Shown here piece by piece: positions 41,641-56,035 of a DNA stretch of 64,000 nucleotides. Source of the DNA: Eledone cirrhosa (taxonomy: Eukaryota); assembly GCA_964016885.1 (NCBI GenBank), contig OZ024742.1:307768001-307832000 (forward strand). Reading direction: 5' to 3'. Position 1 is the stretch's first letter; each line of letters starts with the position of its first letter. The position numbers and the translations under genes were made by a program. Below the pieces are notes generated by a model. That model had not been told where the DNA came from and searched no databases. It worked only from the letters and a program-made list of their open reading frames with translations.

Positions 41641-44600
41641 TTCTTAACCTCTTCTCACTCATATTATTACCACTATTTCATGTGCACACTGACTTCTAGG
41701 ACAAGTCTTCCTTCGAAGAAATTATTCTTCTGGATTTCCTTTCTATCCATATTTTTGCTGCTGCAATATAGTTACGACTATTGAAGAAGATTATTAACTG
41801 ACAAAGGAATGGTAACGAATGCCCCGGTCACAGCCGTCTTTCTTCAGGCCAAGCCAATTAAAAACATAAACCTGCGAGAATTAACCACTATTCTATGTTA
41901 AAGGACAAAATCAATAGTAAATCAAAAGTATTGAACCAAGATAAAATGATTGTGTTTATTTCAGTTTTAGATATAAAAGCCGATAGTGTACAGATTTCTG
42001 ATATAGGCTCGTGATATTCGACCTTTTAAAATTTCACATCACACACATTACGAAGTGATACTGGGATTAAAATAGTGATTATTTATTTTTCTTATCTGTC
42101 TTGCAAGGTTTTTTTTTACAATATGGTGGATATCTTTCGTAATTAGACGCTGAATTAGAAAAAAGAACTAACGAGATGTGGCTTTAATTCCAGTGGCAGA
42201 ATCCTACTAGACTATCGATCTAAATAACAATTAATATAATCAATAAGATGATTCTCCGTGAACTTTCATAACTGACATTTATTAATAACTTCCAGACACT
42301 TTCAGGCTGAATTTATAGGATGCTTTTAATTTTCAATTACAATATTTTTTCTGCAAGCATCCACGACTAACGACAACTAAATGTATGACCAGGAGGCTTT
42401 AGCAGTTGCGCCTGTCACTCATATAGCTCAACCAACTGGATATGCTGAGACGTCATTTATTCATCGATTATAATAAAAATGAATAATAATCTAAATGCTT
42501 ATAACGTTTGAACGAATACCTGTATTTATCATATCTCTAAACATCGAATTCTGTCGATTCCAGCTTCTGTTTCGTAACCTAGAATCAAAAGTACAGTTGT
42601 AATTATTAAACATTTATGATAATTTGGTGCATTCCTTTATATGGATTGCAGGTTATTAAAGATTTGAATCTTGAAAATACGACTCTGTAGACAGTACTTT
42701 ATGAAGCTCAGTGATATTCAATTGCAAGGGTACAGTATATATTGTAAACATGCATTTATTATAAACGCTAAATATCCAAAATGGTTTAGAAGTTACGTCA
42801 CACTGTTGATGTTGCATGTTCGAACCCAATTACATGACAATTACCTCTTACAAATCTTGGGTTGCCTCGTTCCGATCCAAGAGTTCTACGTCAACCTTTA
42901 TGGACTGAAAAGGCTTAGAAGTCCCACTCCGCCAAGCGAAATGTTCATATAATTCAAATTGATAATTTTGTTATACATTGCTTCACAATTAAATCCATTG
43001 AGGATTACGTTAAGATTACACGTGTCTAAGGTATATTCAGCTACTTTCATATCAATTTAACGAGTTCTCTTTTTCAAGAACACTGGAACATGCACCTGCA
43101 AAACCGATTGAGAACAATATTTGTTATATACATTCGATGGTTCATGATAAGTAGTAGACATACTAAAGGAAATAAAGTACTTTCAATTTTATTTCGTAGA
43201 GAAATACATTCCTGTCCTTTTTATGTGTATCTTTTGATGTGAAAAAGGATGTTACTGAAATATAATGACATAGATAAAATTCAAACGCTGTCTCATCTGC
43301 CATAATAAATGGATTTCGTACAAGTATAAGAGTTTAAATTAACAAATACTATCACATTTTCCCAAGACATATTAGTGTTTAAAATAATCACAACTAAAAC
43401 TTCACAATTAAAAGATGGCAGAAACACCATTTATTTCCATTCCCTCGCTACAATTGCTTTTATCTTTCCCTGTAATTACTTTTATCGCCTTTTTACCCGT
43501 ATAGTTACCTGATTTGGCTACAGTTAAGAATTCGTTTTAAATTTCTAGATATATATTAGAGATAATACCAGATCTTCATTTTGTAGCATCTCCAAACGAT
43601 CAATGACTACCAACAACTTCCATTACATATTCAACTGTAAAGCAATTTTGTTTGAGTGTAGTATGTTACAGAACAATTTACGGATATCATAAAAATTCTT
43701 TGATTTGTCGTAATTATCGGGAAATGTTGAGAAAACCACGAAATTAAATTTGCAGGCAGAATCAGAACTGTCGAAACAAATAGTTGTTCAATCAAAACAC
43801 CGTATTTTCGTCAATTTGACGATGATCAAACGTGCATCGATTGTTTTTCTGCATCCTAGGGCGTTATATAATTTTAAATATTAATTCATCTGAATTAAGA
43901 ATGCATCTAAAAATATAGAAAGCTGATATTAATTTTCCCTGTCGCACTTCACACGCAACACTGCACTTGCTAAAATGATATCCATTGGTCATTGGCGACC
44001 AATTTGAATATTAACAATTTCTCAGCTTCATTTATTTTCTTATTAATTTATCCTTTTCATGGTTTCAGTCACTAGAGTAGAGTAAGGCCATGCTGTGGTT
44101 ATAACGCTTCGAGTAATTTTTATTTATTTGTAAAATCTCAGTATGTTTGTGGCAGGTGTGCCCCAAAATGTTTATATCTTAAACTATTTATCAATGGATT
44201 GGAACGTGTTATGAATATTTGGCTGTACAAATAGGAGCAACAACATTCAGCAAAACTGTTGCTCCTCGAGTCAATGGGATATATATAGTTGGGGGCGCGC
44301 GTATCTGTGTGTGTACTTATATCATGTAAATTGAATTCTTTGGTATTCTAGACAATCCAGTAGATATGTAATTCCATGACAATAAACGGTGCTCAGATAA
44401 TTATATGTAGACACCAACATGTTAGTATATGCTAAGATTTATATTTCAAATTAAGGTATGCAATGTGTCTTCTTCTTCTTCTTCTTCTTCTTCTTCTTCT
44501 TCTTCTTCATCATCGGCATCGTCATCATCATACCAAGAAACACTGATAGTATATCGTATTCGACGTCCATTCAGTTTGTATTCTTTCATTTCGATTTTCT

Positions 44601-46587
44601 ACGGTTTCAGTGCTAACTTTGACTTTCAAGATTTTGAGGTCGATAAATCAAGTACCAACCTAGTGCTGGGTTTGAGCCTTTTCTTTTGTGGTTTTTCTCT
44701 CTTTCATAATCTCCTCCCCACTTTCTATCCTGGAGGAACAGGCTGTGGTCAAACCTCTAGAGGCTTGGACTCCGTTATCTTTAAATTCCCAAATATATTA
44801 CGACGGCCTCCTGACAACTCCATCACAATTGAAGGGCTCAACAATAAAGATGATATATAAAACATAATATAATGTATGGAATATGTGATGGTCTTCCGTC
44901 GGTTTTGATGTTGAGTATTCTAATTGTTCGATCGACGGAACAGCCTGCTCGTGAAATTAACATGTGACGAAAGATTGTACTGACATAGTACCCTTAACTT
45001 AATTCTCAGGCACATTCACAGTGACACAGTGAATTGAGTGAATGGCATGCCGACCCTTTGAATTACAGATGCATTCTATCCGATGAGCTTCCAAACAGTT
45101 TCCCTCTATCCAACATTACTCACAATGTGAGGATCAACCCAAGGCTATGATAAATGATACATGTCCAGCTGCTATTCAATGAGGTCAACTGAAAAACTAA
45201 TGATTACAAAACAAATATATTCACCATCCAGCCACGTCTCGTCACTGAAACAATGAAGTAAATGATATATAAAACAGCAGTTTTTATATCCATTAATAGT
45301 CGTGTAAACTGTCGAGAGAATACATTTACGAATATTTAATTATATTTCCAGACAAGAAGGGCAATCTAAAGCAAAGAAAATAGTACGAAAAACTATTGAA
45401 ACTGATATTTATGGCAAGAAGAGAAATCTAAAATACAAATGAAATAGACTAAGAGTATTTAAACAGTATATGACATTCAACTAGTTAGGAAATATAATGT
45501 GTTCTCAGATCGGTACAACACTACAGATGTTCAGAGAAAAGAGATTGATTCAGGCCAGCGTATGTATGCCTGGTTCCACTTTACTAACGATCAGATTTAT
45601 GTAAGACAAAGTCTCTCTCTCTGTTATTGAAAGGTATAATGATGGAGGGATGGAAGTATATAGCGTTAGAGGTATTTAGACCAGAATAATACCGATCCAG
45701 ATCCTTGTGGGTCATACATATTAGCAACAAGAGTTTTAAATATATGAAGTGTATCGGTGAAGTAACAATGAAGTATATGGGTTGTTGTTTTTGTATAGCT
45801 CCAAGAAAAAACCCAGAAGGAGCACATATTTGGTTCAAGACGTTCCCAGACAGGGTCATCATATGAGTTGTTACATCAGAGACTACATTTTGACCAATAT
45901 TTTTCTTCACCTTTTAAGCTGGTTGCGTATGTTCAGAGAGAGATTTGGCTGTTATGTCGTATAGGATTAATAACCAACAAGAAGCTCTCTCGTTGTAACT
46001 TGAACCAACAAGATTGTTTTAACACATGACTGCTCTTTCAGATAGAAGGAGTAATTCGAAAGAACAGGATTTTTTTTTCTCTCTTTATATGAAAGAAGAT
46101 AAATAGAAATTTATACTAAGCTAACTCTATCACATACAATGATAGAAATAACGGAAGAAAGCCGACAGTTATAAATGAGCGTAATAAATTAAATTGAAAC
46201 TGAAGGATGAGCAGAGAAAACGTGAGAATAAAAGATAATGAGGAATAATGTAAGAGAATAACATCCAATAAATCAACAGAGACAATAAAATAACTAATGT
46301 CTCAACAGAGAGCCAAATTTCTTGATGATATATTTGTAATGCGCTCACGAGACCTTTGGAAGGAAAATAGAAACATCTGGGAAAGAAATTTAATTTGTTT
46401 CTAGATATACTGATAATGCCAAAGCAAAACACATCCATAGGTCTGCCGATTCTTTGATATACAGATATCCCTGGAAGATACTGAATAAATAACTTTGTTA
46501 GATTATTTAACACCGATAGAACAATTTGTGCATAACTTAAAGATGTGAAATAAATGGATAAATGAATAAATATATATATATATATAT

Positions 46588-47080
46588 ATTTCGTTTCTGA
46601 ATTTGTTTAGCAAGATTCTTTATCTGAAAACGTGTGTTTAAACCGATATTGTTACACTTTGGGAGGGTCATGTTGCCAATAAGAAACACACGCACCAGTT
46701 GCATTTACTCCAATTTATTATAAATTAAAAAAAATTTTTTTTAATTTTTTAGAAATTTTTTTTTAAATTTTTGTTTTGTGCCTATCCTTTGTTCTGTCCT
46801 ACGCCATCAAGAAAAAACAAAAAAAAAATAAGATGGCGTAGGACAGAACAAAGGAGAGGCAGAAAACAAAGAAAAGAATCCCAATCACTAAAGAGGTCAC
46901 AGAATGTGTGACGAAGGAAATTTGATAATATATGAACAACCGTCCGGTTGTGTAACCAACCAACCGGAAATCTATAAAAAAAAAAAAAAATTTTTTTTTA
47001 AATTTATAATAAATTAGAGTGAAAGCAACTGGTGCGTGTGTTTCTTATTGGCAACATGACCCTCCCAAAGTATAACAATA
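46588..47080. mobile_element. Palindromic F1 insertion in (TA)n
   Basis: Inverted arms around an A-rich spacer at 46809-46831; degenerate hammerhead at 46884-46928 (+). Confidence 0.8.
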
Positions 47081-47144
47081 TATATATATATATATATATA
47101 ATATTTTTTAACATCCAATGTTAAAAAATATTATCAATTTATTT

Positions 47145-47180
<36 letters not shown>

Positions 47181-47184
<4 letters not shown>

Positions 47185-47356
47185 CGGAGGAAATGTGGTA
47201 AGCAACCAGGTGGACCATAACGCACCAAAGTACTCAATACTTAGGGTAGTAGAGTGGGTAATAGGAACGAGTAGGACCGCGACGGCTGAGCTCAAGCCGT
47301 TTCGACGAATTAGCCGTCGAAACGGCTTGAGCTCAGCCGTCGGGGTCCTACTCGTT

Positions 47357-47362
<6 letters not shown>
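47181..47362. mobile_element. Palindromic F2 insertion in (TA)n
   Basis: Arms about 47260-47307 and 47315-47362; GAAA CGGCT-TGAGCTC-AGCCG TC GGGG. Confidence 0.75.
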
Positions 47363-47424
<62 letters not shown>

Positions 47425-47865
47425 TGTTTATGTACATTTTTCTTCTAACTTTGATTATGTACATTTTTCTTCTAACTTTGATTTTGTACCTAATTGTGTA
47501 TGGTTATCTATGTGTCTAGTCAATTTCTACGGGCTATTAGAAATACTAGGTAAATCCTCTGTGGCTGTTGATCGCCGATAAAATAGCTATCATTTATTTA
47601 TCTACTGTTTCTTCATAGGTACATTTTAAACTTATAACCTCGTTTAATTGATTTTTTTGTGTGGTTAATTATGCTGATTGGGAGGAGAAATACTGTATAT
47701 ATTTGATCAAATGATTCTGTGGAGTTACTTTCTTACACACACACATATATATATATATATATAAATCTACCAAAATAAACGGTAGTGTCCAATCCGTATG
47801 AAGAACTCAATGTAATCCAAATATAGAAGATATCATGAAAAGAGAAAATGCATTCAAAATTTGAA

Positions 47866-49325
47866 AACACCAGTAAAATAGTCAATTTCTTAGATATAAC
47901 TATGGACCTATCTACAGGTATCTACCAACCTTACCATAAACCTAACCAAAACTTGCATTACATACACTCACAATCTAATCACCCTAAATCTATCCTTAAA
48001 ACCTATCAGAATCTCTAACCTTTCATCAAATCATGATGTATTCGATAAAAACGCGTCCTTTTATAATGAAGCCTTAGCTAGAAGCGGCCATAAGAACAAA
48101 TTAGTCTATATACCTTGCACCAATAATATTTCAAACATACAACCTAATATTACCAACCCACACCTAAACGCCACTCATACTACACCTAAAAACACCAACC
48201 CAAAAATTAATTTCTCTACCTCTTCTCACATAAAAGATAATGACTTTCAGAAAACTATTCACCCTAAAACTCTTACATACGTCAACAACATAACTAACAA
48301 AATGTCTAGTAATCAGACTAAAACATCAATTAATCTAACTAAACCAGATACATCATATAAATATAACAAACAATGTCGAAACCGTAATAGACGCGTTACT
48401 TGGTATAATGCTCCATTTAATCTACAGATTAAAGACAATATCCCTAAAAAAATTCTTTGCTATCCTAGAGAAAAATTTCCCACCAAACCATAAATACAAT
48501 CAAATTTTAAATAGATCTACTGTCAAATTTTCCTACTCCACTACCAAGAATATACAACAGAATATAAGTGCGTACAACACATATAAGTGTAAAGAAAGCA
48601 TAAATATACCACCAACACATCAAACCAACCATAATAATACTAAAGTAAACCTAAACAAACCACCTTCTTCTTCACCTATAATAGGTCCCGTAAACTCCAC
48701 ACCAACTTTGACTAATAATCTCCAAAACAAACAGAGTTCTACTAGCTCCACATACCCTAAACTATCACCCACCAACAACCTGTCTAACCATACTAATCTA
48801 ATTACAACCCATTCTAAACCATACATTAATGAAAATAGTAACACTAATACCACTATAGATAACACAATTAACTCTCCTGACACAATATTTACGAATGGCT
48901 GTGACTGTAGAATCAAAAGAAATTGCTCATTAAAGGAAAATTGTCTTATTAATAATACAGTCTATAAATGTGTAGTTAGTACTAAGGACTCCACTCAATC
49001 CTATATAGGAGCTACTTCTAACCAATTTAAAGTAAGATTTAATACCCACAAACATAATTTTAAAAATGCCGCATTAGCTAATACAACCTCCTTGGCTGAA
49101 GCAATTAATAATTATAGAAAGAAGGATATTGATTATAACCTGACCTGGAGCGTGCTCAAAAGGGCCACTCCTTATCAAAATAGTAGATATGAGTGTAGGT
49201 TATGCCCCGAAGAACTATTTGAAATCATGAAATCTAATGATATCCTATTAAATAAGCGACAGGAACTAATTATATCATGCAATCATAGAATTAGAAAAAC
49301 CTTCAAATACTATAAATTTAATTAA
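47866..49325 (+). pseudogene. PLE RT thumb + GIY-YIG endonuclease, frameshifted
   Basis: CDCR..NC..NCL..TVYKC..SYIGAT..FKVRFNTH..CRLC..LLNKRQE..CNH. Confidence 0.85.
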
Positions 49326-50091
49326 TATATACCTCACTCTTATATTTTACAAATTATTATAATTTTTTTTTTTATTTAGTTTACCTATAATTAAATATTT
49401 ACTACAAAGAATTTCATAATTTTATTTCCCTCTTGCAGCTCACTTTACCTAAAGTTATCTTTAACCTCACTACTTCTTGTAACCGCATCCCTTATCTATC
49501 ACATTCAATACCTAGGATTATTAAATATAATTAATATCTTTAATATTACGGTTGTTTAGATAGATACACTACTTTTTATAACATTTTATCTATTTCAGTC
49601 TTTCTATATATATTTTTTATTTTTTTTAAATATTTCTTTTACTTCTTTATTTATCAGATCCATAAGAATTAATATAATTTTAACTCTGAAAGTATACCTA
49701 TCAATTAATTTAATTTCCTTTTATGTATCTAGGTTCCTTAAAATTTAAACAGGAATAGTATTTCTCACTAACACTCTCATCCCACAAAAAATTCTTTTCC
49801 CTATGCTTTTAACAACATTCTTTAATAACATGAATTTTTTTGGAGGGGGGGGGGGATCGGTTGGGGGGGGGGGATCCTTCACTATCTCATTAACTTGACC
49901 TCATTTTAACCCCTATTTTTTTCTTCCCCATTCTTTTCATTCAAAGCATAAATTTACATTCCTCCACTCCTAGCATAAAGTTTCTACTACGGTTATTCTA
50001 TCAACTTGACCTCTAACTTTTCTATTGGTCAATTCAAAACCTGTTCCCAAACAGACTTTTTGTATTAATACTTTCTTTCAATAAACATACT

Positions 50092-50234
50092 TCATCATTT
50101 CTGAAGATGGCATATATAAGTGAAGGTATGTATACCTCCTCTGATAATTTGTAATATTTTTTTACATAGATCTTTAATATGATATACATACCAACATACA
50201 CATATATATCCCAGAAATGATCGTAAAATGATGA
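50092..50234 (+). ncRNA. Type I hammerhead motif with 106-nt stem II region
   Basis: TCATCATTT CTGAAGA TGG-C-ATATATA..TATATAT-C-CCA GAAA TGATCG TA AAATGATGA; perfect 9-bp stem I. Confidence 0.8.
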
Positions 50235-50276
50235 TTTTTTTAATATAAGGAACCTGTTCTTTGTTTTTATTTCATT

Positions 50277-50332
<56 letters not shown>

Positions 50333-50335
<3 letters not shown>

Positions 50336-51740
50336 AATTAAAATAGTAGAGTGTGTTGGAGTTAAACACCCTCGTCGTATTATAGAAATGACAGTATAAG
50401 ATATAGCTCAATGTAATTAAACAGAGCCGAAGAATTATAAAAAATGAACAAAGAAGCCTTCAATACATCAAAAGTCTTTATTAGCCGACAATGTTTCGTC
50501 CTATTAATAAGGACTCATCAGGGCAAGTAAAGCTACAAGAAGCACCAACGGCCAATACAAACCAAAAACTCAGAAGAATAGGGAGTTTACATCTATTAAA
50601 GCTTAGGAAAGATATCAAGGAAAAGTTTGCTAAGATTAAGAGTGAGCAGTTACAAATATAGATATAGACCAAATAGCAAGGAAGTGAGTAACATGTTGAA
50701 CCCACATTGCAAATACTGTATAATGCAAAAACTTGAAACACAAATGGTAATATAATGCGAGAATTACAGTACGATATAGAATATAATACAATGGATGGTG
50801 ATAATAAGAAGCTTAATATATGTATATATATATATATATATATCCATACATATATACATTAGTACAAAAACAAACTAACACTTATTAGGTATTTAAATAT
50901 ATATATATATATTTTTTGGTTACAATATAATAAAAATAAAAATAAGAATAAAGATAAAAATAAAAATAAAATATAATATATAATCCCGTCAGTGTGCATA
51001 AACAATATAAAAACATTATAATAACATTATAATAACAATATTATAATATATTGGCATCAAAAGATATACAAAATTACATCATACATACAATTCAAGATTA
51101 ACAAATAGTATAAAGTTTTACACAGGGTAAGAGAAAAATATCATATAGAACTAAATTGTGTTGAAAAAATATCTATACCATTGCAACAAATACACGGAGG
51201 TCAAGGCATTTTACATTGGCATAAATATTACCAAAATATTACAAAATATTACAGAATATAACAAAACTGTACCTCAAATAACAGACATATATTAAAATCT
51301 ATAATACGATTACATAAAAATGATATGATATAACAACGTTAATATCAAATAGCAAACAGAGTCTAAGGAAATGCTTAAGATATATATTTACGTGGTTGAC
51401 ATACACAGACATATAGAATGAAATTACATGAATCAGACAGACAGCGTGTGGTAGTAAAAAAATAAATAAAATAAAACGAAGATTGAAAACAAGTATATTT
51501 ACTTAGGTGTCACATGCGGTTAAGTAAAAGAAAAAAAGATAGAAATGTAAACCGGAGAATTGAATAGAAAACCTTATTAAATTAATTAATATTAAAAGTA
51601 TTTAAAATACATATTTAGTCACTTCAAAATTGACTAGAGTTTAAGTCATCAAAATCGTATAAGTTTAAGATATCTCAATAAATCTATCAAGAATAGAATA
51701 AAATATGCTCCGTTCAGTCGAATAACGTTTTTTTATAATT
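50333..51740 (-). mobile_element. Non-coding PLE 3' region, tail-to-tail with the previous element
   Basis: Hammerhead about 150 nt from a (TA)n-bounded end; far boundary uncertain. Confidence 0.5.
50484..50524 (-). ncRNA. Canonical minimal type I hammerhead ribozyme motif
   Basis: GCC CTGATGA GTCCT-TATTAAT-AGGAC GAAA CATTG TC GGC. Confidence 0.88.
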
Positions 51741-51750
51741 TTTATAATTT

Positions 51751-51815
<65 letters not shown>

Positions 51816-51946
51816 GTGAGGTTTTTTTTACAAAATGAAAAATAACCGAGGTGTCCTACACGAGTGGAAGTATAAAGAAAAAGGGATGAAATCGAAAATG
51901 CAACTGAAGTCTTATTTTTAAAAAAAATATATATATTTATTTGGTT

Positions 51947-51984
51947 CCTTTACCGGTTTCGCAGTTCTTCTGCTTTTCAAAAGG
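51947..51984 (-). ncRNA. Degenerate type I hammerhead motif
   Basis: CCTT TTGAAAA GCAG-AAGAA-CTGC GAAA CCGG TA AAGG; stems intact, two core substitutions. Confidence 0.65.
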
Positions 51985-52505
51985 TGAGTTGAGATGGAGG
52001 GTCTGTGGTTTTTCTCACATCTGGTTGGTCTCTAAATGTTACTTGTTTTATATGGAAAAAGTGGCTCAAAAACCAGGTTTTCCGAGAAGTAATTTGATTG
52101 GTTTGTCAATAATTATAATAAATTTCGCGCCAGTTCGCGTTACAATAGTTCTTCAAATAAGAGATGGGGGGGGGGGGGGGGTTGTCACAGGTTGTTTTTT
52201 CATATATGAGTGTTTGAATTTCTTTTTACTTGAAAAAATGAGGCTCACGAAGGCTTTTTTTTTGGTTGGTTATAAATGAAATTTGGCTGTCACGTGAACA
52301 AGTTTTCATTACATTTTTGCGCCCTTATTTGGAAAACTATTCTGTAGTCTTTATAGTGAATGTTATGACAATGGAGAGATAGTGGTCAAGGGAAAAGGGA
52401 TTGGGAGAAATGTTCTGGTTCAGTGAATATGGCCAGCTGTCAGAGTTCAGGTGTCAGAGTTCAGATTTTCTATTGAGACTGAAGATATGTGTTTATTTGT
52501 GTGCT

Positions 52506-52538
<33 letters not shown>

Positions 52539-53018
52539 ATGTGTGTATTGGAAGATGATTCTATTAGTAGAGATGGGGGAGGGAGTTGTGTGTTATGTGT
52601 GTGTGTGCGAGTATGTTAGATAGAGAGAATATATATTTTGTGTGTGTGTATATATATATGTGTGTAGGAAAGTGGTTCTATTAGTAGAAATGGGGAGAGT
52701 GTTGTAGGTGTGGGGGTTGTTATGTGTGTGTATGGGTGTTATGTGTGTGAGAGTATGGTTAGCATGTTAAGATGAAGAGAATATATATATATATATATAT
52801 ATATATTGTGTGTGTGTGTATGTGTGTGTGTAGGAAAATGATTCCTTTAGTAGGAATATTTTTGAATGAACATATTTTCCTGACTTTTTCGTGTTTGCTA
52901 TTGTATTGCCAGTGCAAACGTATGTTTAAGGTTTATTTAGTTCGGGTTTTTATTTTCTAAAGTAGAAGGTGTTATGTGTGTGTGTGTATGTCATATTGTG
53001 GTGTTGACATAATGTATA

Positions 53019-53500
53019 TTAAACCTTATTTAATGTTGGTCTATATTTTTGAATAAACATATTTTCCTTATTTATTCGCATTTGTTCTGTTGTATTGTTA
53101 GCGCAAAGGTAAAATGGGAAGACTTGGAATTTGGGTGTCTTATTACTTGCGCAAATGTCTAGATGTGCACTTAGTGGTATCTGTCTCGTGGTTGGATCTC
53201 GTAATTGTTGGCGATGAACTGTCATTCTGTTTCTGAGTGTGAGTTTAGTTTGTCCTATATAATCTTCATTGCATCCTTTACATTTAATGGCATAAAGTAG
53301 ATTTTTTGATGAGCAAGTGAAGTGATTTTTTACAGTAAAATTTTTGTCCTGATTTAAATGTATACGTGTTGCCTTCAATGAGGTGAGTGCAGGTTCCACA
53401 ATTAGAGCGACCACATTTTTTGATACTTGGTTGTGGGTTTGTGGTAGGTAATTTGGCATTGGTGAGTAATGTTTTCAGTGATTTTGGTTGTCTTTTGCTT
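53019..53500 (-). pseudogene. PLE GIY-YIG endonuclease, frameshifted
   Basis: KRQPKSLKTLL, CGRSNCGTC, FTCSSKNLLYAIKCKGC..YIGQT..RMTVH..KENMFI..LN. Confidence 0.88.
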
Positions 53501-53570
53501 AATAAGAAACACACGCACCGGTGCGTGTGTTTCCTTTTGGCAACATGACCCTCCCAAAGTATAACAATAT
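53501..53570. mobile_element. Short fold-back of the F1 3' end
   Basis: aataagaaacacacgcacc|ggtgcgtgtgtttcc..ccctcccaaagtataacaat-(TA)n. Confidence 0.75.
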
Positions 53571-53626
53571 ATATATATATATATATATATAAACAAATAA
53601 ATTGATAATATTTTTTAACATTGTAT

Positions 53627-53780
53627 GAAGGACAGCAATTTGGGGTAAGAGGAAATGCGATTATATTGACCTAGTACTTAACTGGCACATTGTCGTATCG
53701 ACCCCGAAAGGAGGCAAGGCAAAGTTGACCTTCATGGGATTTCTAAAACAAACAGGACTTAAAGGTCCGAAACTAAGTAC
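53627..53780 (-). mobile_element. Degenerate SINE family A
   Basis: agtacttaactgg..atcgaccccgaaagg..aaggcaaagttgacc. Confidence 0.6.
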
Positions 53781-54249
53781 TTTTCTCAAGCACAACAACA
53801 ACTATATGTTATTCACACGTCTCAGCTATACATAGTACTGTATATCATAAATGCTAGTTATCTCGTCTATTCATATCGCATGCGTTCCTACAATGTAGTG
53901 ACCTGTTAGATTGTCTGTAGTTTGTAGGTATATGAAGACATGGTCCAATATGACCTTCGTTTTTAAAAGTCGGTAAAATCAAATTTGAAGGCAGTTTCAA
54001 TGTTACTCCAACTCGTCGAGATCCACGTGGAGACGCTGTTGTTGGTTCATAGGTGATTTTATTGTTTTTCAGATCCAAGTCAACTTTGAATTAGTATATG
54101 AACAAAGAAAAATCCGACACGACAAACGTTGTCCAGTTTGTACATTTTAAAGATATATAAATTATTATTTAGGGAGGAGTTGGCTGCAAGTTTCAGCGAG
54201 TTGGGTGTCAGCGTAATATAAAACGAATTTAGGAGTAATAAAAATATAT

Positions 54250-54580
54250 GGTATGATCCGGTAACTCCTAACGGAGTCATAGGGGTGCCATAGTGACATA
54301 CTGCGTTTCTTTGGCATTTTAGGCCTGGTAGAGCCCATTCCTCTTTAGGCCTGGCTATAGCAGATTTCTTTGAGAGAAGGATAGAAAGGGAGAGAGAAGA
54401 AGTGGGTAAGTGATATAGAGGAAAATCGACCCCATTACTAGAATAGTATTTTTTATAGATCTCAAATGGATGAAAGGCCAAGTTGGCCTCAGTGAGATTT
54501 GAACTCAGAAAGCTGAGGGACGAAACAGGTACCACAATACAATCTATCCGACGTTCTGCCGACTCTACCAATTTGCCTCC
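54250..54580 (-). mobile_element. SINE family A variant with longer tail
   Basis: ggatgaaaggccaagttggcctc..atttgaactcagaa; tail shared with 36735. Confidence 0.6.
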
Positions 54581-55685
54581 TTAATGACAATATATAATAG
54601 ATGGATAAACATGATAAAACACTGAAAAGTATAAAATTATTTGAAAACTCACAATAATGAACATGTGATATAATATAAAACAATAAAATATTTAGGCTTA
54701 CCCACGAACACATGGGTTGAAACCTAATAATTAAGGCAATTAAGGCGAGTCAAAGAATTCCACATTTCTGCTCGCAAACCATGAATTATATGCATTTCGG
54801 AGATCACTAAAATCATCCATAAGCTTTTATATTTGTGAGTTTGTCTATGAAAGGACCCACATACTCTGAACAATGAGCATTATTTTTTTAATATACTTCT
54901 ATTATAATTAGCAATATGTAATAGTATTTCATTCGGGTGCTCTTGGTAGCAATCCTTTTTTACTATTTTCATCCACTGCAGATATGCCCATATTCAAATA
55001 CTTAGGACGAGGAAGCGTGATGTAGCTTCCTCTATTAAAGAAGCGAATAAGGAGCGGATTTGGACGTAATTTCTCATGAAGGAAACAGGGAGTCTGGCTG
55101 ATTTTTCTACTGGAACAGTAATCCTAGGCATGCACTCATCGTTTTTGTATTATTTTCTGCTCCTCAAGACAGAAAAATTCGAATGTTTTTTGTTGCCCAA
55201 AGTGTAGCAACTGAGCTTTCTGCACTGCATTTGTCACTTTTTATTCTACGCGAAAAATAGGGCTAAGTTTTGGAAGGGCGTTGTAGTGCTGCGCGTTCAG
55301 AAGTATTTGCAAGTCGATAATGACCCCCACTGCGGACAGTAATAATGTGTTTTAATTTAGATACTAGGTCGATAATTTAAGGTTTGTATTGAGCTGATAG
55401 TTAACGAATTCGAAAGAATGAAAAGCAAAGTTGACATCGGCAGAATTTGAACTTAGTACGTAAAGAACTAGAACAAATACAACAAATCAATGTGTTGGAC
55501 GGTCTAATGATTCTGAGAATAATGATAGTTTCAGCATCATTATTAATAATGTAAAGAATATATAGAATGATGGCGATGATAAAAAGGTGTTGATGATTGT
55601 AGTAACATTCCTGATAATAAAGATCATGTTCGAGATCATGATGGCGGTAGTAAGAGTCATGATGATGATGAAGGAGGAGGGGGGC

Positions 55686-55750
55686 AGAAGAAGAAGAAGA
55701 AGAAGAAGAAGAAGAAGAAGAAGAAGAAGAAGAAGAAGAAGAAGAAGAAG

Positions 55751-55781
<31 letters not shown>

Positions 55782-55827
55782 GAAATAATATTCTATTGGA
55801 ATAAGGTTTGTCGATACGAATACGAAT

Positions 55828-55880
<53 letters not shown>

Positions 55881-56035
55881 AACAACCACGATTTCGACAA
55901 TATCAATGACGACGTTGAAGGAGATGATTATGACAACATTCATGACAATGAAATCGAGGTCGAATAGAAATATGATGACGACGATATTAACGATGATGAT
56001 GACGATGATGATGACAATTATGATGATAGTGATGA
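55686..56035. repeat. (GAA)n and (GAT)n microsatellites
   Basis: Direct reading. Confidence 0.95.

Larger units (their letters stand above)
47860..50280 (+). mobile_element. 5'-truncated Penelope-like element (Nematis-like, tentative)
   Basis: VNFLDIT..YHKP..YIHSQSNHP RT end, GIY-YIG domain, long AT-rich 3' region with hammerhead, ends at (TA)n. Confidence 0.85.
51810..53500 (-). mobile_element. 5'-truncated Penelope-like element (Neptune-like)
   Basis: Cys-rich linker and GIY-YIG ORF, about 1.2-kb 3' region, degenerate hammerhead near the end. Confidence 0.75.

Noticed and set aside
45584-46513. Two minus-strand ORFs of 108 and 114 aa in unique-looking DNA
   Set aside because: No recognisable domain; composition expected from AT-rich sequence.
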